DNA of 64,000 nucleotides from a virus, in the IMG/VR virus record IMGVR_UViG_3300013233_000246, positions 29,126-93,125 of that record. One strand, written 5' to 3'. Position numbers and translations under genes: made by a program. Below are positions 48,869 to 58,403 of the stretch, one piece after another (the first letter of the stretch is position 1; every line of letters begins with the position of its first letter). Below the pieces are notes generated by a model, which saw only the letters and a program-made list of their open reading frames with translations, made no database searches and was not told the origin of the DNA.

Positions 48869-49237
48869 ATGAAATTAGAAGATATACTTAAAGAAGCACC
48901 AAACATGCCGGAAATGATTGGTATGCCATCTGACATGGAACACCGTGTACATATGCGTGATGCATTATCAGACATGGGTGCACAAGAACTTCAGAAGATT
49001 GCTGATGATCCACAGGCTTATTATCAGGGTGAAGTATCACCAGAACAAGCACAAGAAATTACACGTGTAATTAATGGTGTCGATCAGAAAACATTTGATT
49101 TAATGGCACAAAGTCAATACATTATTCAAAACCTTGAGCAGAATGTTCAAGATAGTGGTGAATTTGGTACTGAATCACGAATTGATTTAGAGACATTAAT
49201 GATGGTTCTTGACCGCGCTAAAGCAAAAATGGGTTAA
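48869..49237 (+). CDS. putative internal head protein (MKLEDILKE)
   Basis: Shared N-terminal motif. Confidence 0.55.
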   Translation: MKLEDILKEAPNMPEMIGMPSDMEHRVHMRDALSDMGAQELQKIADDPQAYYQGEVSPEQAQEITRVINGVDQKTFDLMAQSQYIIQNLEQNVQDSGEFGTESRIDLETLMMVLDRAKAKMG

Positions 49238-49294
49238 ATAATTTGGAAGTCAGTATATTATACTGATAAGTATTATTAAACTATAGGAGAATAT

Positions 49295-49687
49295 ATGTTT
49301 AATAATACATCTACTACCAGAGGTCAAGGTGATATAGGATTGACCTTTGCTATATATAAATTGTCTGAGATGGGATATACCGTATCTTTGCCAATAACAG
49401 ATAACAATATATACGATTTGATTGTTGATATTGCTGGTAAATTAAAATCAGTTCAAGTAAAAACATCTTCGGTAATTAGAGATTCTGGAAATTATGAAGT
49501 ACAATTGCGCCGTATTCGCACAAATACATCACAAACAAAAATACACAAGTTCGATAATACCGAAGTAGATATTTTGTTTGTAGTTTTGGAAAATGGTGAA
49601 AGTTATATGATACCATCTATAGAACTTACAGTAAAAAATACATTAACAATTTGTGAAAAGTATAAAAAATATAAAATGGAGAGGTAA
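49295..49687 (+). mobile_element. PD-(D/E)XK homing-type endonuclease (I-Ssp6803I-like)
   Basis: QGDIG..A...L...GY.VS.P......YDLIVD......VQVKT. Confidence 0.8.
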
Positions 49688-49778
49688 GTCAAAAGATTCT
49701 GGGTAATGACAGCACTCTTGAAAAGTGATTATGTATAGTGATATATGTGTCAGGGTTCGAATCCCTGTCTCTCCTCCA
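49678..49778 (+). tRNA. tRNA-Ser(TGA), enlarged D-loop
   Basis: gcact-CTTGAAA-agtga, long variable arm, CCA. Confidence 0.82.
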
Positions 49779-49876
49779 ATTGTAGCTAAGTCATAGACTT
49801 CCTTCTATAATTTTCACTTGATATGAAAATTAGCTTAATCGCTAATTAAAATAGTCCTGACAATTCCTACAATTTT
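49779..49876 (+). ncRNA. Y-RNA-like ncRNA, short paralogue
   Basis: Both ends nearly identical to those of 50445-50597. Confidence 0.6.
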
Positions 49877-49932
49877 TAATTTGACAATATTGTCCAACCC
49901 TGTTAGAATGTTAATTTTGGCAGGGTTTTCTT

Positions 49933-50226
49933 ATGGATGTTGTATTTAATTTACCAGACTTCATCGAAAGTGAAGTTCCACCAGTAACTATAAAGGTGTT
50001 GAAATCGCGACCAAAAAAAGATGATTTTGAGTTAGTCCCTTGGAGTCACATTACAATGCAGATTGTTAAAGATCCAGTCTGTCCTGATGTTATATTTGAA
50101 ATAACAAAAACTGAAATCGAACCTATATCTCATAAACTTAAAGATGGTTATTATCTTAAAGATGGGTTCCCTGTAAAGATTGAAGAAACTGGTTCACGGG
50201 AGTTAAATTTAGGTGAAGATAGTTAG
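49933..50226 (+). CDS. hypothetical protein
   Basis: TTGACA-17-TAGAAT promoter at 49881. Confidence 0.5.
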   Translation: MDVVFNLPDFIESEVPPVTIKVLKSRPKKDDFELVPWSHITMQIVKDPVCPDVIFEITKTEIEPISHKLKDGYYLKDGFPVKIEETGSRELNLGEDS

Positions 50227-50348
50227 TGTATGTCCAAAAGAATTACGAAAAGGCGATGTTAAAGATTACCACAAAGCAGTTGCCGTAATGATATTAGCTT
50301 ATCGTAAAGGCAACTATACAGATATAACAAACGAAAAATTATAAAATT

Positions 50349-50444
50349 GGTGGGTTGACAGAGAGGCTTATTGTGCTTCGTTGGAAACGAAGTGTGTAGT
50401 GTAAAAGCACTGCACCATGGGTTCAAATCCCATACCCACCTCCA
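50349..50444 (+). tRNA. tRNA-Ser(GGA)
   Basis: cttcg-TTGGAAA-cgaag, long variable arm, CCA. Confidence 0.88.
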
Positions 50445-50597
50445 AATTGTAGCTAAGTTATAGACTTCCTTCTAAAACTTTGTAAAACTGGGAATGCAGC
50501 GTTCGACTCCTGCCATCCCCACCGATAAGATTATTGGGGGTGTAGCCAAATGGTAAGGCACCAGTCCGTGATAGTCCTGACAATTCCTACAATTTTT
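50445..50597 (+). ncRNA. YrlA-like Y RNA containing a circularly permuted tRNA domain
   Basis: Order T-arm, loop-closed acceptor stem, D-arm, all inside a bulged closing helix. Confidence 0.7.
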
Positions 50598-50678
50598 GCC
50601 CCGCTACGCAAATTGGTAAAGCGGCAGTGCTAAGAACGCTGTGATAGTCTCCCGGTTCGACTCCGGGGTGGGGCACCA
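50598..50678 (+). tRNA. tRNA-Leu(AAG)
   Basis: cagtg-CTAAGAA-cgctg; body paralogous to Leu(TAA) and Leu(CAA). Confidence 0.82.
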
Positions 50679-50718
50679 ATTTGATTGACTTTTTGTTATA
50701 AATGGCGTATAATGCCAT

Positions 50719-51232
50719 ATGTCTTATAATATCCCACAATTTGATAAATTATTGTCACGAAATGATTTCCGCGAAGCAGTTTTCGAGCGCGATAATCAAT
50801 TGGGTTAAAAATTTCTGGTCAAACTTTAATTTTGAAATTCCAAAAGACTGGCGTGTTTGTGGTGAAAATGTGTTTGCCGAACATTCTATCAAATACAATG
50901 AACTGGATTCTTACTTCTATGGATTTTCTATCTGGAATGATAAGAATGAATGTTTGTCTTGGGATGATACATTGGAATGGTTTAGTATTCTTCACCCCGA
51001 TATGAAGACTGTACCAGTTCTATATGACGGAATATTTGATGTTGATATTATCCAAGATTTGTGGGATGATTCAATGTACGATGAACACGAAGGCTATGTA
51101 CTTCGTTTGGCTGATAGTTTTCCAATGAGTAATTTTAGAACTTCCGCTGGAAAATTTGTCAGAAAGAATCATGTCAATACAGTCAAGCATTGGATGCATG
51201 GAAGACGAATGGTGGTTAACAAATTAAAATAG
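50719..51232 (+). pseudogene. ATP-dependent RNA ligase, N-terminal part deleted
   Basis: CGEN..AEHSI.Y, FYGFSIW, VPVLY.G, EGYVLR, KFVRKNHV present; motif I KxDG absent. Confidence 0.7.
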
Positions 51233-51304
51233 ACCGTTGGTATAATGGTATTGCAGGGTTCTCCAAAAGCTCTGATGGGGGTTCGATTCCCTCACGGTCT
51301 GCCA
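51231..51304 (+). tRNA. tRNA-Trp(CCA)
   Basis: Loop CTCCAAA, GCCA end. Confidence 0.85.
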
Positions 51305-51312
51305 AATAAAAT

Positions 51313-51405
51313 GCCCCTATAGTGTAACGGTAGCACCCGAAGTTTATACCTTCGTTTCCAGCAGATTACTGGGTAGTACAGGTTCGAATCCTGTTAGGGG
51401 TACCA
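51313..51405 (+). tRNA. tRNA-Ile(TAT) with long variable arm
   Basis: cgaag-TTTATAC-cttcg, ACCA. Confidence 0.8.
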
Positions 51406-51591
51406 AGAAAATGAAAAATAACATATTACAATACAAGTACATACTCAACAGTTGTATTCCAAAAAAGCGGAGTATGGTATTGTGTTATGCACGATCCATC
51501 TGAAGAATTAAAGCCGTCTGGCAGAAGTTCTTAAAATGATGTACGCAAAGACTTATTAGTAAGTATAAATTTATAATTCATAAATATTACC

Positions 51592-52383
51592 ATGAATTAT
51601 AAAAAACAATACGAATTGTTGATATCCACAAGACTTAAATTGCATCAAGAAAGAATCTACAATAAAAAACAAGGCGCATATTACGAAAAACACCACATTC
51701 TTCCCAAATGTATTGGTGGTGATAATAGCCCAACCAATTTATTATTACTAACTTCTCGTGAACATTTTATTGCACATTTGTTGTTGTGGAAAATACATGG
51801 TGGTAAATTATTCTATGCTATTTGGCTAATGATGCAACGCAACACCTCCTGTTGTAAAGATGTAACGATAACCAGTAGAAGATTTGCATATCTCCGCGAG
51901 GAACAAAAAAGATTGAATCGTAAAACTGGTAAAGATCATTGGAATTATGGAAAGCATCATACTATTAAATCTAAGCAAAAAATGCGTGAAGCTAAACTTG
52001 GAAAACCCAGTTCAAGAAAAGGCATAAGGTTAACAGAAAAAACGAAGGAAAAAATAAGAATAGCAAATGTAAATAAGAAGTTATCTGCTGCTCATAAGCA
52101 AAATATTTCAAATGCACTCAGGGTAAGTAAGCATCCAATGATGACAAATACGCAGCCATTTCAACATATGAAAGTAAAATCAAATAAAAATCTCCAAATG
52201 AAATGGATGAATGCCATGGAAATATACGATGTGTGGATAAATAACAATAAGCCAGGATATGTTAATATGCAAAAAATAACTAAAATATCTTCACTCAGAG
52301 CCATGATAAAGTGGTTTGATAAGTGGGGCAATCCTTCAAAAAATGATACGTGGATAGACTGGCGCAAAAATCACACACAATAA
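51592..52383 (+). mobile_element. HNH homing endonuclease with NUMOD3-like repeats
   Basis: YEKHHILPKCIGG.N...NL..LT.REHFIAH. Confidence 0.85.
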
Positions 52384-52397
52384 GGAGAAAAAATGAA

Positions 52398-53432
52398 ATG
52401 AAAAGGAAAGCATTAATTTGTGGTATAAATTATCCAGGAACATCATACCCACTTAAAGGTTGTGTTAATGATGTAAATCTTATTGCAGATATGTTAACAA
52501 ATAATTTTGGATTTACTGATGCAAAAAATCGTAGGATGTTGACTGACGCTTCTGCAACAGCCGCTGCCATAAGAGAAAGACTTGAATGGTTGGTGGCAGA
52601 TGCACAACCTGGTGATATTCTTTGGTTTTCTTATTCTGGTCATGGTTCACAATTAATAAATCAAAAATATGATGATGCTGACTTTGAACCAGACAATAAA
52701 GATGAGATAATTTGTCCAATTGATTTGAATTGGCGAGATAAAATTATTCGCGATGATGAACTAAAAAGAATTTTTGACAAGGTCCCCAATGGCGTTAATC
52801 TTACAGTTTTGTTGGATTGTTGTAATTCTGGATCTGGTCTTGATCAACTTAACCAATATCAATCACTAGGACTGGGCGAAACCCGCGCATTAAAACAACC
52901 GAATTCAATAGTAGAAGGTTCGCGATGGTTGCCTATGCCAGATGATATTGCTAATCGTGGTAGAGGATTAGATTTGTCAATCCGTCCACGTTCAGTACAA
53001 TCAAGAAATGTTAATAATACTGGATTGTTGATTAGTGGTTGCCAAGCGCAACAGACCAGTGCCGACGCATGGATTGGCGGAAAATATATGGGGGCTGCTA
53101 CATATCATCTTGTTGACGCGCTTAAAAATTCTAACTATGATATGAGTTATAAAGATTTAATTGATACTATGAATAAATCTATGGTAACAAAAGGATTTTC
53201 ACAACGACCACAACTCGATGGTTCTGCTGATTTATTCCAAGCAAAATTCCTTGAACCGCTTCTTATTGGTACTGGATTGGAAGAACCAGTTACGGCACCA
53301 GTTGTAGTACCACCTGATGTTGAACTTACTTCTGAAGTTAAAGAACCAGAACCTAAAAAGAATTGGATGAAGATAGCAGCCATCACAGCAGGTTCAATAG
53401 CTATTGGTGTAGTCATATTCCTTTCTTTATAA
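52398..53432 (+). CDS. caspase-family (C14 metacaspase-like) protease with C-terminal TM helix
   Basis: ALICGINY, LKGCVND, YSGHG, DCCNSG, SGC..QTSADA. Confidence 0.9.
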   Translation: MKRKALICGINYPGTSYPLKGCVNDVNLIADMLTNNFGFTDAKNRRMLTDASATAAAIRERLEWLVADAQPGDILWFSYSGHGSQLINQKYDDADFEPDNKDEIICPIDLNWRDKIIRDDELKRIFDKVPNGVNLTVLLDCCNSGSGLDQLNQYQSLGLGETRALKQPNSIVEGSRWLPMPDDIANRGRGLDLSIRPRSVQSRNVNNTGLLISGCQAQQTSADAWIGGKYMGAATYHLVDALKNSNYDMSYKDLIDTMNKSMVTKGFSQRPQLDGSADLFQAKFLEPLLIGTGLEEPVTAPVVVPPDVELTSEVKEPEPKKNWMKIAAITAGSIAIGVVIFLSL

Positions 53433-53440
53433 GAAATAAT

Positions 53441-53511
53441 TGGTGTATGGGGTAATGGTAGCCCACGATCTTCTGACGTTCGTAACCTTGGTTCGATTCC
53501 AAGTACACCAG
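53441..53511 (+). tRNA. tRNA-Gln(CTG)
   Basis: Loop TTCTGAC; TGGTGTA/TACACCA. Confidence 0.8.
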
Positions 53512-53530
53512 CTAATTCATATATACACAT

Positions 53531-53791
53531 ATGGATATGGTTATTGTTGGTTGGATTGGTTCGATTCTTCTGGCATTTTCTGCGCTTCCCCAAGCGATAA
53601 AATGTCATCGTGAAGGTCATGCCCATGGATTGTCCATACTTTTTATAGCCATGTGGTTCTTTGGTGAAGTGTTTACTTTGATGTACATTTTTCCAGAAGC
53701 ACAGTATCCCCTCATCGCAAACTATACCGCCAACATAATTATAATCAGTGTTATCATTTGGTATAAGTTTTTTCCTACTAAAACCCCCTAA
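53531..53791 (+). CDS. PQ-loop/SemiSWEET-like transporter
   Basis: Three TM helices, LPQAIK..R....GLS. Confidence 0.8.
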   Translation: MDMVIVGWIGSILLAFSALPQAIKCHREGHAHGLSILFIAMWFFGEVFTLMYIFPEAQYPLIANYTANIIIISVIIWYKFFPTKTP

Positions 53792-54036
53792 TTTTACCCC
53801 TTTTACAGCTTTTGATGAACTTTTGATATCAGGTTGACATATCGTATTAGTTATGTTAATATACTTAAACCATGGCAATATATGTGCCTTTTTGTTGTGT
53901 ACTTATAAATATCTTAATGGTAACTATATAGGAACATTATGAAAAGCACAAAATATAAAAAGGGTTATAAAACCGAAGGTGGATTGGAAGTAATATGCCC
54001 CATTTACACAAATAATAAAATAACACACTTTCACAT

Positions 54037-54291
54037 ATGAAATTTTATGGCATGAGTTCTAAACAAGCCATGGCAAAATGTGCAGGCGGTGTTGCAGAAT
54101 ATCGTGCAAGCGAAGGAAAAGAAGTATTGGTACCATATCGTGGCAATGTTAGTGACACCATACGCGAAGTTTTGGGTGGTATCAGAAGCGCCTGCACCTA
54201 CACTGGTAGTAAGACGTTAAAAGAATTGCCAAAACGTACTACGTTTGTTAAAGTTCATCGCACACATAATACTGTTTTCGGTGACAAATGA
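54037..54291 (+). pseudogene. guaC: GMP reductase C-terminal fragment
   Basis: FYGMSS..AM....[17 protein letters not shown]...[11 protein letters not shown]...[10 protein letters not shown]. Confidence 0.8.
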
Positions 54292-54782
54292 AGTTAGTAA
54301 AGCAAAAACGAGATGCTTGTGTACCAACATCAATTTTTATGTTGAATGACAATAAAGATTTTCGTAAGATAAAGAATATGTGCAAGAAAAGATTTGGTTA
54401 CAGCCATTCAAGAGGAAATGGATGTTTCACAAAAGAAGATGCTATGTTGACATTGTTGAACCAATTGGGAATGCAAGCATCTTCTATTGACGAAGGTATT
54501 ACCTATAGAACTTTTTGTGAATTGTCTGGGTATTCACGTGGGTTAATTATGATACAACATAAGGAAAGTAGTGTAGGACACTGTGTTGCATGGAATGGCT
54601 ATAAGGCATTCGATCCTATATTGGATAATCCAATATCCGATGCTCACGTATTTAAGATTTATGGGGATGATATTATATGTTCTTTTTATAAAGTAAAGAC
54701 ATCATTGTGTATAAGATTGATGAACATTATAAGAAAACCATTTTTTGAATTGAGGTATAATTGTGCAAAAATTATTGGATGA
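54288..54782 (+). CDS. papain-like (C39-like) peptidase candidate
   Basis: Q....C, GHCVA, DP motifs. Confidence 0.5.
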   Translation: MKLVKQKRDACVPTSIFMLNDNKDFRKIKNMCKKRFGYSHSRGNGCFTKEDAMLTLLNQLGMQASSIDEGITYRTFCELSGYSRGLIMIQHKESSVGHCVAWNGYKAFDPILDNPISDAHVFKIYGDDIICSFYKVKTSLCIRLMNIIRKPFFELRYNCAKIIG

Positions 54783-54999
54783 TACAGAACTTACATTTGG
54801 TAAGTATAAAGGTGAAACTCCAAATGAGATAGCGGAAGAAGATCCACAATATTTAATGTGGATGTATGATACGTTAAACACTAAATTTTGTACTAAAAAG
54901 CTTCGTGATCAATGCGAAGATTGTTCCCTTGAAAGTTGGGAAGCCGACAAAGAGGCGGATGAATTTCATGGATTTGATGGATTTGATGGTTTGAGTTAA
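54763..54999 (+). CDS. small FGKYKG-domain protein
   Basis: LTFGKYKG....I..DPQYL.W. Confidence 0.6.
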   Translation: MQKLLDDTELTFGKYKGETPNEIAEEDPQYLMWMYDTLNTKFCTKKLRDQCEDCSLESWEADKEADEFHGFDGFDGLS

Positions 55000-55001
55000 A
55001 T

Positions 55002-55919
55002 ATGGGTAGTTGGAATCATACATGTGCGGTAACGTATTTGCCAATTGTTGTAGGCGAAGAAGTCGAAGTTATTATGCTTCAGGATGTTAATACTATTGCA
55101 GGTTCATCACTATGCTATCCGTATGCATATCATGTACCATTGCCAGTAATATTTCATGGAAATTATAATGACTATGGTGCAGTGGAAGATTGTGAAGGCA
55201 TTGCATTGGATATAGTTGTTGGGAGTATTCGTGATAAGCTTTATGAAATGGAAGTAGGTGAAAATGAATATCATGATATTGCCGTAAAGAAGGAAGGCTT
55301 TGATGTTAACGCTATGTTTGAAGCAGATCACGAAGACCGATTGAATATTGTGAATATTTACCGTGGATACGAAAACGAAAAAGATAAAACAAGACTAAAG
55401 CATATCGTAGTAAAAAAGAAAGTTTACGATACAGTTATTTCTGAAATGACAATTTATAATTGGGATGGTGAAGCAGGCAAATCGTCCGAAGTAGGTATGG
55501 ATTTTTTATTAGATGGAAAAGAAAAAATAACTTCCGATATTGATAGAATTATTTCGTTGGATGATGATTCTTTTGAAAAATTATCTTGGATGATGAGAGA
55601 TTCTATAGGTAGAGATACTTTAGCAGGACAATTTTTACAGCCATCTGGCGAGTACCGTGGCAGCGACAATCCAATACGAATTATGGAAGTGTTGATGGAA
55701 CTTAGGGAAAACAAAGATGAAAAGTACGACGGTGTTTTAGAAAATGCGTTACGGTTTGGTATGTTCAGACATTTTATGATGAAATCAAGAAGATCTTGGG
55801 TAATACCGTCGGGTCTTGGTCCACAAGATGAAGATACATTTGCACAACGATTGTGTGCAAAATTAACTTTAGAATCTGCCGAAATTATTGATAAGAGGTG
55901 GGACGAATACGAGGATTGA
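55002..55919 (+). CDS. hypothetical protein
   Basis: 305 aa; MGSWN.TC...LPI, G.YNDYG. Confidence 0.65.
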   Translation: MGSWNHTCAVTYLPIVVGEEVEVIMLQDVNTIAGSSLCYPYAYHVPLPVIFHGNYNDYGAVEDCEGIALDIVVGSIRDKLYEMEVGENEYHDIAVKKEGFDVNAMFEADHEDRLNIVNIYRGYENEKDKTRLKHIVVKKKVYDTVISEMTIYNWDGEAGKSSEVGMDFLLDGKEKITSDIDRIISLDDDSFEKLSWMMRDSIGRDTLAGQFLQPSGEYRGSDNPIRIMEVLMELRENKDEKYDGVLENALRFGMFRHFMMKSRRSWVIPSGLGPQDEDTFAQRLCAKLTLESAEIIDKRWDEYED

Positions 55920-55923
55920 TACA

Positions 55924-56343
55924 ATGTGGCACACTGGTTACGGTTATATTAAATATGATCCATATCGTGGCAGTATGAAAAAGCGTACAAGCTGGTGGGC
56001 AGTTGTAGAAATTGACTGTGAGATTACGCGCTACTTCCGATGGTGGGTTAAGAAAGAATTTTGGATAGATTTAAAGCAACCTTCTTGGGATGCACACATC
56101 TCTATTATTCGTGGTGAAAGACCTCCAGAAGATTTGCAACACCTTTGGAAGAAGTATGATGGTCAAAGGGTTGAATTTAAATATAAGCATCACGTAAGAC
56201 AATCTGGTGATACTACTGGTAGTGATCGTCCAGACTACTACTGGTTTGTTGAAGTTGACTGTCCATTGTTGAAACAGATTCGTGATGAGTTTGGTTTTCC
56301 ATCTGATTGGAAGCAGCATATAACAATCGGTAGAACATATTGA
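55924..56343 (+). CDS. 2H phosphoesterase
   Basis: AHISI and HITIG motifs; GAGG SD. Confidence 0.75.
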   Translation: MWHTGYGYIKYDPYRGSMKKRTSWWAVVEIDCEITRYFRWWVKKEFWIDLKQPSWDAHISIIRGERPPEDLQHLWKKYDGQRVEFKYKHHVRQSGDTTGSDRPDYYWFVEVDCPLLKQIRDEFGFPSDWKQHITIGRTY

Positions 56344-56965
56344 TATTATGATACAAAATATGAAAAGAAAGATCTTGATTTAGTTTATTGGTTGTATTAC
56401 AATAAATTATGCGATGGTGACGGTACATTAATCCTACTAATGTATTCGTGACGCATAAGAAGTCGTAGGACACATAGGTGAGGGGGGAACCCGTAGAACC
56501 GATAATCGTGGGCGTTGTTTCCTGATGCAACTGAAAATAGAAAGGTCATATTGGGGTGGTTAGAGATCGGTAGGCTGTGCCCAATTAAACAGCCAACCAT
56601 TTAATTGTTATGAATAGATATCCTAAAAGTCGGTGAAGAAGTTGAAATTATTATTCCTATGGCACCAAGCCTAAAAGGTGATAATATTGGGGTTGTCATA
56701 AAGCGCGATGGTGAATACATTTATATTAAATTGAATAAATCGGGTGTAGTTGTTGAAAACTATCCCTGTGAACTGAACAGTACGGAATTAAGTTGACAAA
56801 TTTTCGTGGAGGAACAAGCCTGCTGTGCTTGGTAAAGCCCCTTTAAGGCATAGGATGAAACCAGTACAAACTGATTAGGCTGGCGGAGGTCTACGACCTA
56901 TGAAGCGGAAAGAAGTTATAAGTAATCAGTTGCTTATAACTTGAACTTAGTTCTTAATAAACAAA

Positions 56966-57039
56966 TGGGGTGTAGCCAAGAGGTCTAAGGCAACGGATTT
57001 TGATTCCGTCATTCGGTGGTTCGAATCCACCCTCCCCAG
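56966..57039 (+). tRNA. tRNA-Gln(TTG)
   Basis: acgga-TTTTGAT-tccgt. Confidence 0.9.
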
Positions 57040-57100
57040 CAAGGATTTGTACTTTAATGTATGTCACATAAATACAGGTACCAACAGTGCGGAATAATTT

Positions 57101-57823
57101 ATGTGTAAAATTGATTGGAATGATAAAGAAAAAATTGAGATGGCAGTAAAAACATCTTATAGTTATGCAGAAACATTGAGATTTCTTGGTATTTCACATA
57201 GGGGCGGTAACAATAAAACATTAAAGAAATATATCAAAAAATTTAATATTTCAATAACACATTTCAATCCAAATTATTATAAAATATCCCACATGGGGGA
57301 AGATTCCACTATTCCACTGTATGAAATTTTGGATGGGAAGCATCCACAGTATCAAACTACTAAATTAAAATCCCGACTATTGAAAGAGGGATTAGTTGAA
57401 AATATATGCGACGAATGTGGACAGTGTGATACGTGGAATGATAAACCATTGGTTATACAACTTGACCATATTGATGGTAATAGTATGAATCACAAAAAGG
57501 ATAACTTGCAGATGCTATGCCCAAATTGTCATACACAAACTACTACGTATGCTGGAAGGAAAAACCAAACCAAGGTTAAAAAATATAAGGATAGGGATGA
57601 TTATATGGCAACAAGAAAGGAAAATTATATCATTTCGCAGCAAAAGTATGTGCATGACGTATTGACATCTGGTATTAATTTTGATAGTATTGGTTGGGTA
57701 GCAAAAGTTGCACAAATTATAAATCAAAAACCACAAAAGGTTGGAAATTGGATGAACACCATGATGCCAGAATTTTATAAAAATTGTTATAAGAGGAAAT
57801 ATATATGCAAGCACCACTTATAA
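57101..57823 (+). mobile_element. HNH homing endonuclease
   Basis: C..CG..W....QLDHIDG...NL..LCPNCH. Confidence 0.85.
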
Positions 57824-58083
57824 TTGAAGATGTTATTTTGGGAACACCTCAGAAGACAGCTAGAGTTGAAGAAAATTTAGCATTCTTCGCACCGAGCTGT
57901 TTGAATGACTTGTACAATTGTGGTAATGAAGAATTGCATGAAGCTTTGCAGTTAGAACATGAAACAGTAACATCAATCCAACGCCTGCACGCAGTATTGC
58001 CATATGTTGCAATATATTATGATTTAGACAAGACAGATCTGTTGAAGTCTTGGGTTGACAACCATGGAATATACGTATTATGA
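57805..58083 (+). CDS. hypothetical protein
   Basis: GAGG SD, coupled ORF. Confidence 0.5.
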   Translation: MQAPLIIEDVILGTPQKTARVEENLAFFAPSCLNDLYNCGNEELHEALQLEHETVTSIQRLHAVLPYVAIYYDLDKTDLLKSWVDNHGIYVL

Positions 58084-58397
58084 CAATTGAAGAAGAATTT
58101 ACAAAATGGTTTGATGAACAAATCGAAAATGGCTTGGTTGATTTCAAATTGGATGTCCGTAGTGCGCTTGAAGGTTCAACTAAAGAAGAAGTAATGGCGG
58201 AAATCCTTGAATGTGAAAGATTGATTACTGCTGGTGAAGTGGAAGAATTTCTACCAGAACCAGACTTAGAGTGCCATCAAGGTGCACAGTATATTATTGG
58301 TTCATGTCTTTTTGGTACCACAGTAGACCAAGAACATCTTGACCATCTTATGAAAATGGAAAAGCTTGGTTACACTAAAGAATACTGCGATTATTAA
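58080..58397 (+). CDS. acidic hypothetical protein
   Basis: Coupled ORF. Confidence 0.5.
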   Translation: MTIEEEFTKWFDEQIENGLVDFKLDVRSALEGSTKEEVMAEILECERLITAGEVEEFLPEPDLECHQGAQYIIGSCLFGTTVDQEHLDHLMKMEKLGYTKEYCDY

Positions 58398-58403
58398 AAC
58401 ATG

